Part shown: one piece after another, positions 40,309-50,600 of the stretch
How positions within the stretch are numbered: the first letter of the stretch is position 1
Layout of the letters: every line of letters begins with the position of its first letter
Assembly: GCA_039028615.1 (NCBI GenBank)
Contig: JBCCHT010000005.1
Location: forward strand, 96,001 to 160,000
Source: Myxococcota bacterium
GTDB taxonomy: Bacteria > Myxococcota_A > Polyangia > Nannocystales > Nannocystaceae
DNA length: 64,000 bases
Direction of reading: 5' to 3'
Notes under the pieces: model-generated
Told to the model about the DNA's origin: nothing
Seen by the model: only the letters and a program-made list of their open reading frames with translations
Databases searched by the model: none
Position numbers and translations under genes: made by a program

Positions 40309-41798
40309 TTGCGACCCCTTCGTCGGCGACGGCGGTTTTGCGTGTGCACGCCCTTCCACGCGGTGGACACGAGCGTGGACGCGTCGAGCTCGGGCGGGAT
40401 TCCCGTGGCGAACAAAACTTCATCGCCCCGCCGGTCGATGGCGTGGTCGGGGACCTCTTCTTCCAGGTACGCGCGGAAGACCTCCTCGAACTCCTGCGCG
40501 TCACGGTCGCTGTCCCACACGATGACGCCCACGACCAGAGGAACGTCCCAGGCCTCGTCCCCCTGACGGTTGACGGCCACATAATGATCGCCGCCCCATC
40601 CCGCGGCCGCTCGCCGGGCGACGGTGGAGGGCTCGGCCTGGGCCAGCATGCTCAGCAGCTCGGCCTCGCCGAGGTTGTCGTGCCACAGCAGCTTGGCGCC
40701 GGGGACGATGCGCTCGAGCACACCTACATCCATCTTGGTGGCGATGGGCGCCTCGCGGGCCAGCAGCTTGTCGATGTGCAACATCTGTTCGGTGGACTCG
40801 GGCAAGCGCTCGTATAGGGCATCGACCGCGCTCCAGCCCTTGTCGCGCACCAGCCGGGCCACGGTGGCGGTGCCGTCGGCGTAGGGAAGCTGGAGTGAAC
40901 GGACCAGCACCGGGTAGGGAGAGACCATGTCGGCCATGTCGAGGACCTGGTTGCCCATGGCGTCGAGCACCGCGTCGTCGATGGCCTCCAGCCCCATGGT
41001 GCCGCTGACCCACGCCAAATACGTGGCCTGCGCCCCGCCCTCGATGAGGAAGCGGCGGGCGCTCTCCTCGTCGTTGCGGTGCAACAACGGCTCTTGGTGC
41101 TTGTTGAGGTCGAAATGCATGTCTTGGAGCCCATGGGCGATCTCGTGGCCCACGACCATGCTGAGGGTGACCTTGTCAACGAAGTCACCGATGAAGAGGG
41201 TCTTTTCCTTCGGGTCGTAAAACCCGGCGACCCCATCTTCGAGCATGTCCAAGATGATCTGTTCGGGGTCGGCGTCGCGGGGAATCACGCCCATGCTGGC
41301 TTGGACCCGCCCCAGCATCTGAAGGTGTTCGGGCGTGGTGTGGTCGTACATCGAGTCCTTCGCGAACTCGCGAATGCCCTGCTTGCTGACCACATCCACA
41401 TTCACGGATCCGGTGACCGCCAGGTTCCGGGCCTGCGCCACCTCGTCGAGGATGCGCTTGGCTTCGGCCTGGGCCGTCTCGGAGTCGAGCCAGCTCTCCT
41501 CTTCGTCGCCGGTCTCCGTCGACGGGGGCTCGGACGGGGTTTTGGCGACAGGCCCCGGAGATGTCGGCTCCGCGGGCGTTGCGCTGGTCGGAGGCGTGGT
41601 GGCCGGCGGTGGCGTGGCCGCGGGACAGCCCGCGAGCATGCCCGCCGTGCACAGACCGATCAGGCCGCGACCGAGGATCGGGCGATGGACGGTCTCCCTC
41701 GGTGCGCCGAGCGGGGTGGCTGCACGGGAAGCGAGGGCGGACTCGGGACGGTGGGCGGGGTCGATCACGGGCGAGAGGTGTCGTGGAGGGTCGACCAC
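40305..41798 (-). CDS. Putative zinc metallopeptidase lipoprotein (start uncertain)
   Basis: MLAGC lipobox; AGFYDP, HEIAHGLQD, LIEGGA, PY.DG, P.STEQ.LH. Confidence 0.8.
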   Translation of the reverse strand: MVDPPRHLSPVIDPAHRPESALASRAATPLGAPRETVHRPILGRGLIGLCTAGMLAGCPAATPPPATTPPTSATPAEPTSPGPVAKTPSEPPSTETGDEEESWLDSETAQAEAKRILDEVAQARNLAVTGSVNVDVVSKQGIREFAKDSMYDHTTPEHLQMLGRVQASMGVIPRDADPEQIILDMLEDGVAGFYDPKEKTLFIGDFVDKVTLSMVVGHEIAHGLQDMHFDLNKHQEPLLHRNDEESARRFLIEGGAQATYLAWVSGTMGLEAIDDAVLDAMGNQVLDMADMVSPYPVLVRSLQLPYADGTATVARLVRDKGWSAVDALYERLPESTEQMLHIDKLLAREAPIATKMDVGVLERIVPGAKLLWHDNLGEAELLSMLAQAEPSTVARRAAAGWGGDHYVAVNRQGDEAWDVPLVVGVIVWDSDRDAQEFEEVFRAYLEEEVPDHAIDRRGDEVLFATGIPPELDASTLVSTAWKGVHTQNRRRRRRGRN

Positions 41799-41955
41799 GC
41801 ATGGCTAGCGTAGCTGCGCGTTGGTGACGCGGCTACACGGGCGCAGACCCCTGGCTTCAAGTCCCAGACATCATGTCGCTTTTGCCCAATTGAAGAACGC
41901 GGCGACCCCCGTGCTGAGGGCCGCCGCGCCGCGACTCGTTGCCGTCCTGGCTCTA

Positions 41956-42705
41956 CTAGTGCGGATCTGCGAAGTACGGAAAGTTCTTCGAGAAGGCGAG
42001 GTCGTTCGCCGGGGGGTTGAGCGGCAGGTTCGCCAGTGTGAACCCGTCCTGACCCGGGGTCGCCAGGTCGAGGAGGATGACGGCCAGCGTCACGTCCATG
42101 ACCGGGTCGGCGGGGAGGCGCCCATTGGGGAAGCCCGGATCGCCGGCCAGGTTGATCTTGAGCGTATCCGGGATGACCAGCGGCCCGGCTTGAGCGACGC
42201 ACTCCATGACCCCGCAGGGGACCAGCGGCACCATGCCCAGGTCGTCATCCAGCGCCCCGTGCAGGAACTCGAGGCTGGCCACGATCTCCGGGACGAAGGT
42301 GCCCGCGACATCGTCGGCAGGCGAGGACTGGTTGTACATGTCCTTCGAGGAGATGACCGCGCTGTTGATGGCAGGCATGCCCACGCGGTCGACCTGCGTG
42401 AAGTCCTCGGGGGGCGCCGGGTTGAAGGCGTACTCGTCTTCGCCCTCGGTGTCGCCTTCGGTCTCACCGTCCGTCTCGCCCTCGGTGTCACCCGGGCCTT
42501 CGGTGGTGCCGCCCGAGGAGTCGGCCGAGGTCGTCGGATCCTCGCCGGTCTCGGTGGCGGGGGTCGGCGTGTCGGTGGTGCCGTCGGTGGTACCGGACTC
42601 GTCGTTGCCCGTGTCGTCCACGGCCGAGTCGTCGCCGGGGCAGCCGGCCATGGTGAGGCCGAGGCCCACGAGGATGAGCGAGAGGGTCTTGGGGGCGAGT
42701 TTCAT
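41956..42705 (-). CDS. DUF4331 family lipoprotein (C-terminal-half type)
   Basis: TMAGC lipobox; acidic Thr/Gly linker; QVDRVGMPAIN, GFPNGR..DPVMD, ND..F..NFPY.A.PH. Confidence 0.85.
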   Translation of the reverse strand: MKLAPKTLSLILVGLGLTMAGCPGDDSAVDDTGNDESGTTDGTTDTPTPATETGEDPTTSADSSGGTTEGPGDTEGETDGETEGDTEGEDEYAFNPAPPEDFTQVDRVGMPAINSAVISSKDMYNQSSPADDVAGTFVPEIVASLEFLHGALDDDLGMVPLVPCGVMECVAQAGPLVIPDTLKINLAGDPGFPNGRLPADPVMDVTLAVILLDLATPGQDGFTLANLPLNPPANDLAFSKNFPYFADPH

Positions 42706-43334
42706 CGCTCTTCCTCCAGTCGGGCGCTGGTGGCCCAGATCTGAATGTCCTCGGCACCGCCGGCCGCCGCGTCGAGGTCCATCTCGACGATGAGCATGGT
42801 GACGTTGGTGCCCGCGAACGAGTCGTTGGTGCTGTCGAAGGAGAGGTCGCCGGTGGCGAGCGTGGCCTGGAAGCCGTCGAAGTCGAAGAAGAACGGGTCG
42901 TCGCGGACCCCGGCGAACGCCTGCAGGTCGCCGCCCGCGTCGAGCACGGTGTTCACCGGTCCGATGACCTCATCGTCGGCGCCGGGCAGACCCTCGATGA
43001 GCACGCCCCACGACTCGTCCGGGGCCTGGCCGAAGCGGGCCCAGATCGTCTGGTCGGCGACGTTGTCGAGGTCGGTGTCGATGTGGATGCCGTAGAGGGC
43101 GGCGCGGTCGTAGATGCCCTCGCCGCCCGGCATGTCGAGGCCGGCGAAGCCGACGGCGGCCACGATGCGGTCGTCGCCCTGCCGCCACGCGTAGAAGTCG
43201 GTGATGTCGGCGGCGTTGTCAGCCATCGCCAACGGGGCGTCGATGTGGTCGGCTGCCTGAGCGTCCGGCCCCGACATCGACGCCATCACACCCAGGGCCA
43301 GCACGGCCACTGCAGTCTTGATGTGCACGTTCAT
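42702..43334 (-). CDS. DUF4331 family secreted protein (N-terminal-half type)
   Basis: Signal peptide then ADHIDAP, DITDFYAW, FAGVRDDPFFFD, DSFAGTNV; AGGAG RBS favours ATG at 43334. Confidence 0.88.
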   Translation of the reverse strand: MNVHIKTAVAVLALGVMASMSGPDAQAADHIDAPLAMADNAADITDFYAWRQGDDRIVAAVGFAGLDMPGGEGIYDRAALYGIHIDTDLDNVADQTIWARFGQAPDESWGVLIEGLPGADDEVIGPVNTVLDAGGDLQAFAGVRDDPFFFDFDGFQATLATGDLSFDSTNDSFAGTNVTMLIVEMDLDAAAGGAEDIQIWATSARLEEER

Positions 43335-43395
43335 GGTCATCTCCTGATTCGCCGGCGGCCCTTTGGAAGGGGGAATGCCGTCCGGTCGGCGTGCA

Positions 43396-43420
43396 TACGG
43401 AGCGCAGGTCGGTCTGGATC
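43396..43420 (-). promoter_or_regulatory. Candidate ECF sigma promoter GATCC-N16-CGTA for the DUF4331 operon
   Basis: Minus strand reads GATCC-agaccgacctgcgctc-CGTA about 60 nt upstream of the start. Confidence 0.5.
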
Positions 43421-43570
43421 GGCCTGAGTTTGCGCTTTTCGATGGAGGGCCGCGTCGTGCGCGCTACCGAACCTCAGTCTTGATATAGTGGCCCGTGCGG
43501 GGCCGGGTTTCGGGCGGGGTGGCTTCGCGGGTTGTCTGCGCTCGCCCGAAATCGACGACACACCCTGCCC

Positions 43571-45856
43571 ATGACGAAGCTCGCGGAGCGCCTCGCCACT
43601 TTTGACTCGCCCGCCGATGAGACCTCCGCCTGGAGGCCCCGGCTGTTCCGTCTCTCCGACCCGCAGGATGCGGCTCAGCTCGAGGCGCTCGTCGACAGCG
43701 GTCGCGTTCGCTCCGTGCACGACACCATCGTCGCGCAGCTGGAGGACCTCGCCCGCATCCGCAACCCGTGGCTGAAGAAGGGCCCGCGCATCGTCGAGCT
43801 GGGTCGCGAGCTATTGGGTGGGGTCCCCGCGGCCGAGTACGGCAATTGGGTCTACTACGCGTGGAGCGGCTGCCTCGTACACGTCATGCCCGCGGACGAG
43901 TTCCGCGAGCTCCGGGCCGACCGCAACCGCAACAAGATCACGCGCACGGAGCAGGACCGGCTTGAGTCGCTGCATGTGGGCGTGGTGGGCCTTTCGGTGG
44001 GGCAGGCGACCGCGCTGACGTTGGCCATGGAAGGGGTCGGCGGGACCTTCCGCATCGCCGACTTCGATCACCTCGATCTGTCGAACCTCAACCGGCTTCG
44101 CGCGGGCGTGCACGAGATCGGCGTGCCCAAGGTCTACATCACGGCGCGGGAAATCTTCGAGATCAACCCCTACGCCAAGGTCGAGATCTATCCCGAGGGC
44201 ATCAACGGGGACAACGTCGACGCGTTCCTCACCCAGCCCGTGCCCTTGGACTTCGTGGCCGAGGAGTGTGACGACCTGCTGGTCAAGCTGCTGCTGCGCG
44301 AGCGTGCTCGGGCGCACCGCGTGCCCGTGATCATGGAGACCAGCGACCGGGGCATGGTGGACATCGAGCGCTTCGACCTCGAGCCGGATCGACCGCTGCT
44401 CCACGGCCTGGTGGGCGACGTCAAAGCGGAGGACCTACGGGGGCTGAGCACCTTCGACAAGGTCCCCATTGTGCTGCGGCTCATCGGCGCGCAGACCATC
44501 TCCAAGCGCCTGGCCGCGTCCATGCTCGACGTGGAATCCAGCCTCGCCTCGTGGCCGCAGCTCGCCTCGTCGGTGGCGTTGGGCGGAGCGGCGGTCACCG
44601 ACGTCGCGCGCCGCATGTGCCTGGGGCAGCTGCAGACCTCCGGGCGCTACTACGTGGACCTCGACGAGATCATCCACGACGGCGCCCAGAGCCGGGAGCA
44701 GGCGGGACTCTCGTACGACATCGAGCAGACGGAGGTCCTGCCCGAGGTCGCCCCCGCGCTGGCTCCCGCCGAGGGAGCCCAGCTCGACGACGCCCAGGTC
44801 CGGGCCCTGGTCGCGCACGGCCTGCTCGCGCCGTCGGGCGGCAACTGCCAGCCGTGGCGCTTCGTGTACTCCGAGGGCACGCTGCGCTGCATCCACGATG
44901 TCGAGCGCTCGCGCTCGTTGCTCGACTATGCCCACACCGCCTCGTACCTGTCGTTTGGCGCGGTCGTGGAGAACATCGAGCTGGCCGCGGCGGGCATGGG
45001 CCTCGAGGTGAGCCTCGAGCTGTTCCCGCGGCCGGAAGACCCCACCGAGGTCTGCTGGCTTCGCTTTGCACCCGCCAAGGGACTCGAGGTCTCCGACCTC
45101 GCCGCGCTGGTCGACAAGCGCACGACCAACCGCCGACGCGACGGACGTCGACCGCTTCCCGACGGGGCGGCCAAGGCCTTGATGCAATCGGCGGCCGATG
45201 TGGGCGGGCGATTGCAGCTGCGTACCGAGGACGCAGACCTCGATGCGCTCGGGATCATCCTCGGTCGCGGCGAGAAGGTCCGGCTGCTGTCCGCGACCAT
45301 GCATCGCGAGATGATGGACGAGATTCGGTGGTCGGCGCGGGAGACCGAGCAGACCCGCGACGGGGTGGATGTCGCCACGCTCGAGATGAACCGGGCGGAC
45401 TTCGCCGGCTTGCGCCTCATCTCCAACTGGCCGCTGATGGAAGTGGTCGAGAAGCTCGAGGGAGGCACGGGCCTTTTGCGGCCGTCGATCAAGGCGGTCG
45501 AGGCCGCCTCCGCGGTGGGCTTGGTGACCGTGCCCGGCACGACCCCCGCCGACTACTTCGCGGCCGGTCGCGCCATGCAGCGGGTGTGGCTCACCGCGAC
45601 CAAGCTCGGCATCGCATTCCAGCCCATGAGCGCGCTGGCGTACCTGTTTGCGCGGGTGCTCCGCGGGGGAGGAGAGGGCCTGCGGCCGTCCGAGGTGGAG
45701 GAGCTGCAGCGTCTGCACCAGGACTTCGGCGAGGTCTTCGAGTGCGTCGATGGCCACGCCTACGGCATGATCTTCCGCCTCGCGGTGGTCGATGCCCCGC
45801 CCACCGTGCGCTCGCTTCGGCGCGAGCTGGACGATGTCCTCACCATCACCCGCTGA
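43571..45856 (+). CDS. Rv1355c/MoeY-like ThiF (E1) adenylation + nitroreductase-like fusion protein
   Basis: WVYYAWS, DRNRNKIT..EQ, GVVGLSVG, ADFD.LDLSNLNR, DIERFDLEP; APSGGNCQPW, RTTNR, GRAMQRVWL.AT. Confidence 0.9.
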   Translation: MTKLAERLATFDSPADETSAWRPRLFRLSDPQDAAQLEALVDSGRVRSVHDTIVAQLEDLARIRNPWLKKGPRIVELGRELLGGVPAAEYGNWVYYAWSGCLVHVMPADEFRELRADRNRNKITRTEQDRLESLHVGVVGLSVGQATALTLAMEGVGGTFRIADFDHLDLSNLNRLRAGVHEIGVPKVYITAREIFEINPYAKVEIYPEGINGDNVDAFLTQPVPLDFVAEECDDLLVKLLLRERARAHRVPVIMETSDRGMVDIERFDLEPDRPLLHGLVGDVKAEDLRGLSTFDKVPIVLRLIGAQTISKRLAASMLDVESSLASWPQLASSVALGGAAVTDVARRMCLGQLQTSGRYYVDLDEIIHDGAQSREQAGLSYDIEQTEVLPEVAPALAPAEGAQLDDAQVRALVAHGLLAPSGGNCQPWRFVYSEGTLRCIHDVERSRSLLDYAHTASYLSFGAVVENIELAAAGMGLEVSLELFPRPEDPTEVCWLRFAPAKGLEVSDLAALVDKRTTNRRRDGRRPLPDGAAKALMQSAADVGGRLQLRTEDADLDALGIILGRGEKVRLLSATMHREMMDEIRWSARETEQTRDGVDVATLEMNRADFAGLRLISNWPLMEVVEKLEGGTGLLRPSIKAVEAASAVGLVTVPGTTPADYFAAGRAMQRVWLTATKLGIAFQPMSALAYLFARVLRGGGEGLRPSEVEELQRLHQDFGEVFECVDGHAYGMIFRLAVVDAPPTVRSLRRELDDVLTITR

Positions 45857-45870
45857 GGCACGGGTCACCA

Positions 45871-45915
45871 CGAAAAAACTCGCTCGGCCCGCGATGGGGA
45901 CGGCGAGTTTTTTCG
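45871..45915. terminator. Bidirectional intrinsic terminator
   Basis: CGAAAAAACTCGC...GCGAGTTTTTTCG 13-bp IR with A6/T6 tracts between convergent genes. Confidence 0.75.
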
Positions 45916-45934
45916 TTTCGGGCTGCCCGAGCGA

Positions 45935-46921
45935 TCAGCGGAACGGGTAGCCGGGCACGTCCAGCTGCAGGCGGAGCACGCTCGGGTTGCCGTTGCTGGT
46001 GGGATAGATCGGGAACGAAGCGTTGGTCACGTACAGGCTGTGGCGATCCCACCAGCGACCGAAGGCCGCCGACGAGGGCCCGTCGAGATCACCACCCTCG
46101 AGCACGACCTCCGTCTCGCCATCGGGGTACACGGCGAGGATGGAGTTGACCGGGTTGGTCGCGCAGTACAGCGTGCCGTACAGGTCGAACGCGAAGTCGT
46201 CGCAGGGGGTGGCCAGGGTGGCGTGGACTCGGGGCACGCCCGCGGTCTCTCCCACCTCGATCGGGAACGCGACGATCTGCCCGGTGATCGAGTTGGAGAC
46301 GTACATCTCGTTGCCGTAAAACTGCAGCCCGTTGGCCCCGATGGGCGTGAAGGGATTCGGCACCGGGTCGAGCAGGGGGTCCTCGACCCAGATTTCGGCG
46401 TCACCACCAAAGGCCGAGGCCTGCCAGATGCGACCGTTGAACGAGTCGGAGATGTACAGCGTGCCGTAGCGATGGGCGATGCCATTGGCGAAGGTGTCGG
46501 TGGGCAGGCTGGTGACCTTGGCCGAGTTGCCCGACCAGGGGTTGACCCACCAGACGCCGCGGTCGTCTTCGTTGCAGGAGTTGACGTTGACGTACAAACC
46601 CCAGGGCGTGAAGGTCAGCGCTCCGAGGCCGCCGATGAAATCGAAACAGGGGGCCAGGGGCTCGCCGATGGGCAGCCACGCGAGGGTCTCGACGTTGCCG
46701 TGCACGTCGATGCGGCTGATCTCGCCAGTCAATGCCTGGGCAACGTAGAGGTTGCCCCAGTAGTCGGTCGCCACACTCTCGGGCGTATCGAGGACCGTAG
46801 TGTCGAACGAAGCCACGGTCTCGACGGTGAGAGGTCCGTCGCAGGCCTGGGCCGGAGTGGAGTAGTGAGCGGTGCAGATGAGGGCAGTGATGCTGGCGGA
46901 GAGCAGGGTGTTGGGGCGCAT
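45935..46921 (-). CDS. Secreted SMP-30/gluconolactonase-like beta-propeller
   Basis: Signal peptide; PESVA, FANGIA, GANGL, DDFAFD, GPSSAAFG repeats. Confidence 0.85.
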   Translation of the reverse strand: MRPNTLLSASITALICTAHYSTPAQACDGPLTVETVASFDTTVLDTPESVATDYWGNLYVAQALTGEISRIDVHGNVETLAWLPIGEPLAPCFDFIGGLGALTFTPWGLYVNVNSCNEDDRGVWWVNPWSGNSAKVTSLPTDTFANGIAHRYGTLYISDSFNGRIWQASAFGGDAEIWVEDPLLDPVPNPFTPIGANGLQFYGNEMYVSNSITGQIVAFPIEVGETAGVPRVHATLATPCDDFAFDLYGTLYCATNPVNSILAVYPDGETEVVLEGGDLDGPSSAAFGRWWDRHSLYVTNASFPIYPTSNGNPSVLRLQLDVPGYPFR

Positions 46922-47678
46922 GCGGGGTGGTCTCTTCCTGAGGGGGAAAAGCCAGACCGAGCGGCTCAATACGACACGACACCCTCCATCGATCGAGGGG
47001 GATCGGGTGGAGTGTTCGGACGGGAAACGAGCATGGTGAGCACACTCGTGACCCGACTCGAACACTCGACGACGGAGAAGGCGGGGGACTCCTCGTCGCC
47101 TGGGCCCCGGATGGAGAAACGGGCCACCGCGACTCTTCCGGGCTAGACGTGTTTTCCGCGGCCTCATTGGCCACGACCAACACTATGTGTCCATCGAATC
47201 CTTCGGTCTGACGCGACGCCATCCGTGGCGTCAAATTGAAGGTAGCGCTTGAACTGCCAGACTCAAGCTGGATTACGGATGAATCACCGGGCAATTAAGG
47301 CCCAATCTCGACCTCTCGAACGGGCCGCTTGCCCGTTTTGACCCGAGGGCCTGCGTCTTCGGCAGTGAATTGGTGCAAGGGCGCCCGACCCGTGACGAAC
47401 GCGACGGTGTTTACTCGGCGCCGTGATCTCGTCGTGATTGGCGATCAAATTGGGGGTGCATGGCGGGGCACGTAGGTCGCCGCCGCACGTTCCCCGCTCT
47501 CGGCACCCGTCGCGCACATCGTCTCCCTCGACGGCAATGCATGACCGGTGCGTGGTCGGATCGAGTTGAGCCGCGAGGCAGCACGAACGCGTGGTGATGC
47601 GTGAGATGTTTCATGTCGAGTCGGGGGTTGTCGGTATCGGTGCGCTGCTAGGGTGCTGCCCCGTTCGCACGCGTTGTC

Positions 47679-50600
47679 ATGGCGCTTCACTCCGCTCGAG
47701 ATGCGGCCACCGAGGTCGCCGCTGCGCTGACCCAGGGTCGAGCGATGCGGGTCCTCGGGGCACAGGGAGCCCTGCGGGGATTGCTGCTCGCCACCGCGGC
47801 ACGCGAGCCCGGATCGCCGGTCGTCTATGTCGCGCCCGATGACGCGACGGCTCGAGCGGTCGCCTCGGATACGGCCTTTTTCCTCGGGCGAGAGACGGAG
47901 GCCGGTGCGGTCACGCCCGATGACCCGATCGTGGTCGTGCCCGAGATCGACGTGTCGCCTTACGCCGACCTGTCACCCGATCCACGGGCCGTCGGCTCGC
48001 GTCTGGCTGCCTTGCGGCGCTTGAGCGCAGACCCCTCGGGTGGCGCCGTCACGGCCCCGCGCGTAGTCATCGTCAGCGTCCGAGCTCTCGTGCGCAAGAC
48101 GATGGCGCCCGCGGTGTTCGAGGGGCTGTGTCGGCGCTTCGAGACCGGTCAGGAGCTGTCGCGCGAGCTCGCGGTGGAAGCCCTGGTGGCGGCCGGCTAC
48201 GTGCACGCGGAGGTGGTCGACGACCCGGGGACCTTCGCCGTGCGCGGTGGGGTGATGGACGTGTTCGTGCCGCTTCTGCGCTTCCCCGTGCGCATGGAGT
48301 GGTTCGGCGACGAGATCGAGCGCATGCGGCTATTCGATCCGGACTCGCAGCGAAGCCTGCGGACGATCGACGCGTGCGAGGTACACCCCGTTCGCGAGAC
48401 GATTCGAACGACCAGCGACTCGCTGCGCACCCGGGTCCTGGCGCTGGCCGACGCGGGCAACGTGCCGACCTCCCGCAGTCGCCAGGTGCTCGACAACCTC
48501 AATCAGGGCCTCGACTTTTTCGGCATCGATGCCCTGGCGCCCATCTTTCACGACCAGATGGTGCCGCTATGGGAGCACCTGCCCGACGACGCGCGGTGGC
48601 TCATCGAAGATCCGGCTCCCTTGGCTCAGCTGGCGGAGCGGCTCGACGAAGAGCTCGTCGAAGAGCACGGACGCGCCGTGGCCTCGCTGCGGTTGGTCGC
48701 CAAGCCCGAGGACTTCTCGGTCGACGGCAGCGTGCTCGCCTCCCGGCTCGATGCGTGCCCGGTGGTGATGTCGCGGCTCTACGATCCGGCCGAGGCCGAT
48801 GATCGACCGGTGGTGCGACTGGAGGTGGATGCCAACCTCGAGCTTCGAGCCGCGCTGCAGACTGCCCGGGCGCGCAAGGGCGGCGAGCTCTTGCGGCCCC
48901 TGGTCGATCACGTGCGCCGCCTGGGTCGGGATGAAGACGGCGAGCTACAGACCCCGTGGTCGGTGGTCGTGGCTGCGCCCAACCTGACGCACGCCGAGCG
49001 CCTCACCAGCTTGCTGCGCGGCTACGGTTTGCGCCTCGACCCACCGCGGCGCGCGGGCGAGGCCCAGCTTCCCGAGCATGGCCCCGACCGCGGGCCGACC
49101 CGAGTCCACGTCGTGGCGGGCGGGCTCTCCGAGGGCTTTTCCTCCCCCAGCGACCGCCTGCTGGTGCTCAGCGAGGCCGACCTGTTCGGCACGATCACCC
49201 GCAAGGCGCGAAAACGACGGCGCAAGGCGGGCGTGGGCAACCTGGCCCAGCTCAGCGAGGGCGACTTCGTCGTGCACGTCTCGCACGGGGTGGGGCGCTA
49301 CGAAGGTCTGGTGAAGCTGTCGCTCGGGGGCGTGCCCGGGGACTTCGTGCTGGTGCACTACGCGGGCACCGACAAGCTGTACCTGCCCGTGTACCGGCTC
49401 GGCGAGATCGAGCGCTACGTCTCGGCCGATGCCAAGCCGCCTCGTCTCGACAAGATGGGCGGCACCACCTTCGAGACGAAGAAGAACAAGGTCAAGGCGG
49501 AGGTCCGCCAGATGGCCGAGGAGCTGCTCCAGATCTACGCTCAGCGCGAGGCCCTGGACGGCCATGCTCACCCCGCGCCCGACGAGACCTTCACCGCCTT
49601 CGAGTCCACCTTTCCCTTCGAGGAGACGGCCGATCAACAAGAGGCCATCGACGCGGTGCAGCAAGACATGGGGCGGCCGCAGCCGATGGATCGCTTGGTG
49701 TGCGGCGACGTGGGCTTCGGGAAGACCGAGGTCGCGCTGCGGGCCGCGTGCCGAGCCGCGCTGGGCGGCAAGCAAGTGGCCGTGCTCGCGCCCACCACCG
49801 TGCTCGTGCAGCAGCACTTCCACACCTTCCGCGGGCGCATGGAGAGCTTCGGCATCGTCGTCGAGCACCTCAACCGCTTCGTCAGCGCGGCCGAGCGCAA
49901 GCGGGTGGTGGCGGGCATCCGCGAGGGCACCGTCGACGTGGTGGTGGGGACCCATCGCTTGTTGTCCCGCGACGTCCGCTTCCGCGACCTCGGCTTGCTC
50001 GTCATCGACGAGGAGCAGCGCTTCGGCGTGGCCCAGAAGGAACGCTTCAAGAAGCTCAAGACCAAGGTCGACGTGCTCGCGCTGTCGGCCACGCCGATCC
50101 CTCGCACCCTGCACATGTCGCTGCTGGGGATCCGCGAGATCAGCCTCATCATGACGCCGCCGGTCGACCGCCTCGCGGTGCGCACCTTCCTGACGCGGCA
50201 GGGCGACGCGGTCATCGAGGAGGGCATCCGCAAGGAACTCGCGCGGGGCGGGCAGGTCTTTTACGTCGTGCCCAAGATCATGGGCATCGAGGAGCACGCG
50301 GTGCGCATTCGGACCTTGGTCCCCGAAGCGCGGGTGCTGGTGGCCCACGGCAAGATCCCGGCCGAGATGCTCGAGAAGACCATGGTGGACTTCGTCGAGC
50401 ACCGCGCCGACGTGCTGGTCTCCACCACCATCATCGAGAGCGGGCTGGACATCCCGCGGGCCAACACCATGTTCATCGCGCGGGCCGACATGTTCGGGCT
50501 CTCGCAGCTGTATCAGCTGCGGGGGCGGATCGGGCGGTCGAAGCTGCGGGCCTACTGCTACCTGATGGTCGGCGCGCTCGAGAAGCTCTCGCCCGACTCG

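Noticed and set aside
29851..45856. Single biosynthetic gene cluster linking the P450 and the ThiF-nitroreductase
   Set aside because: Separated by ~12 kb of unrelated operons; no scaffold synthase or precursor peptide recognised
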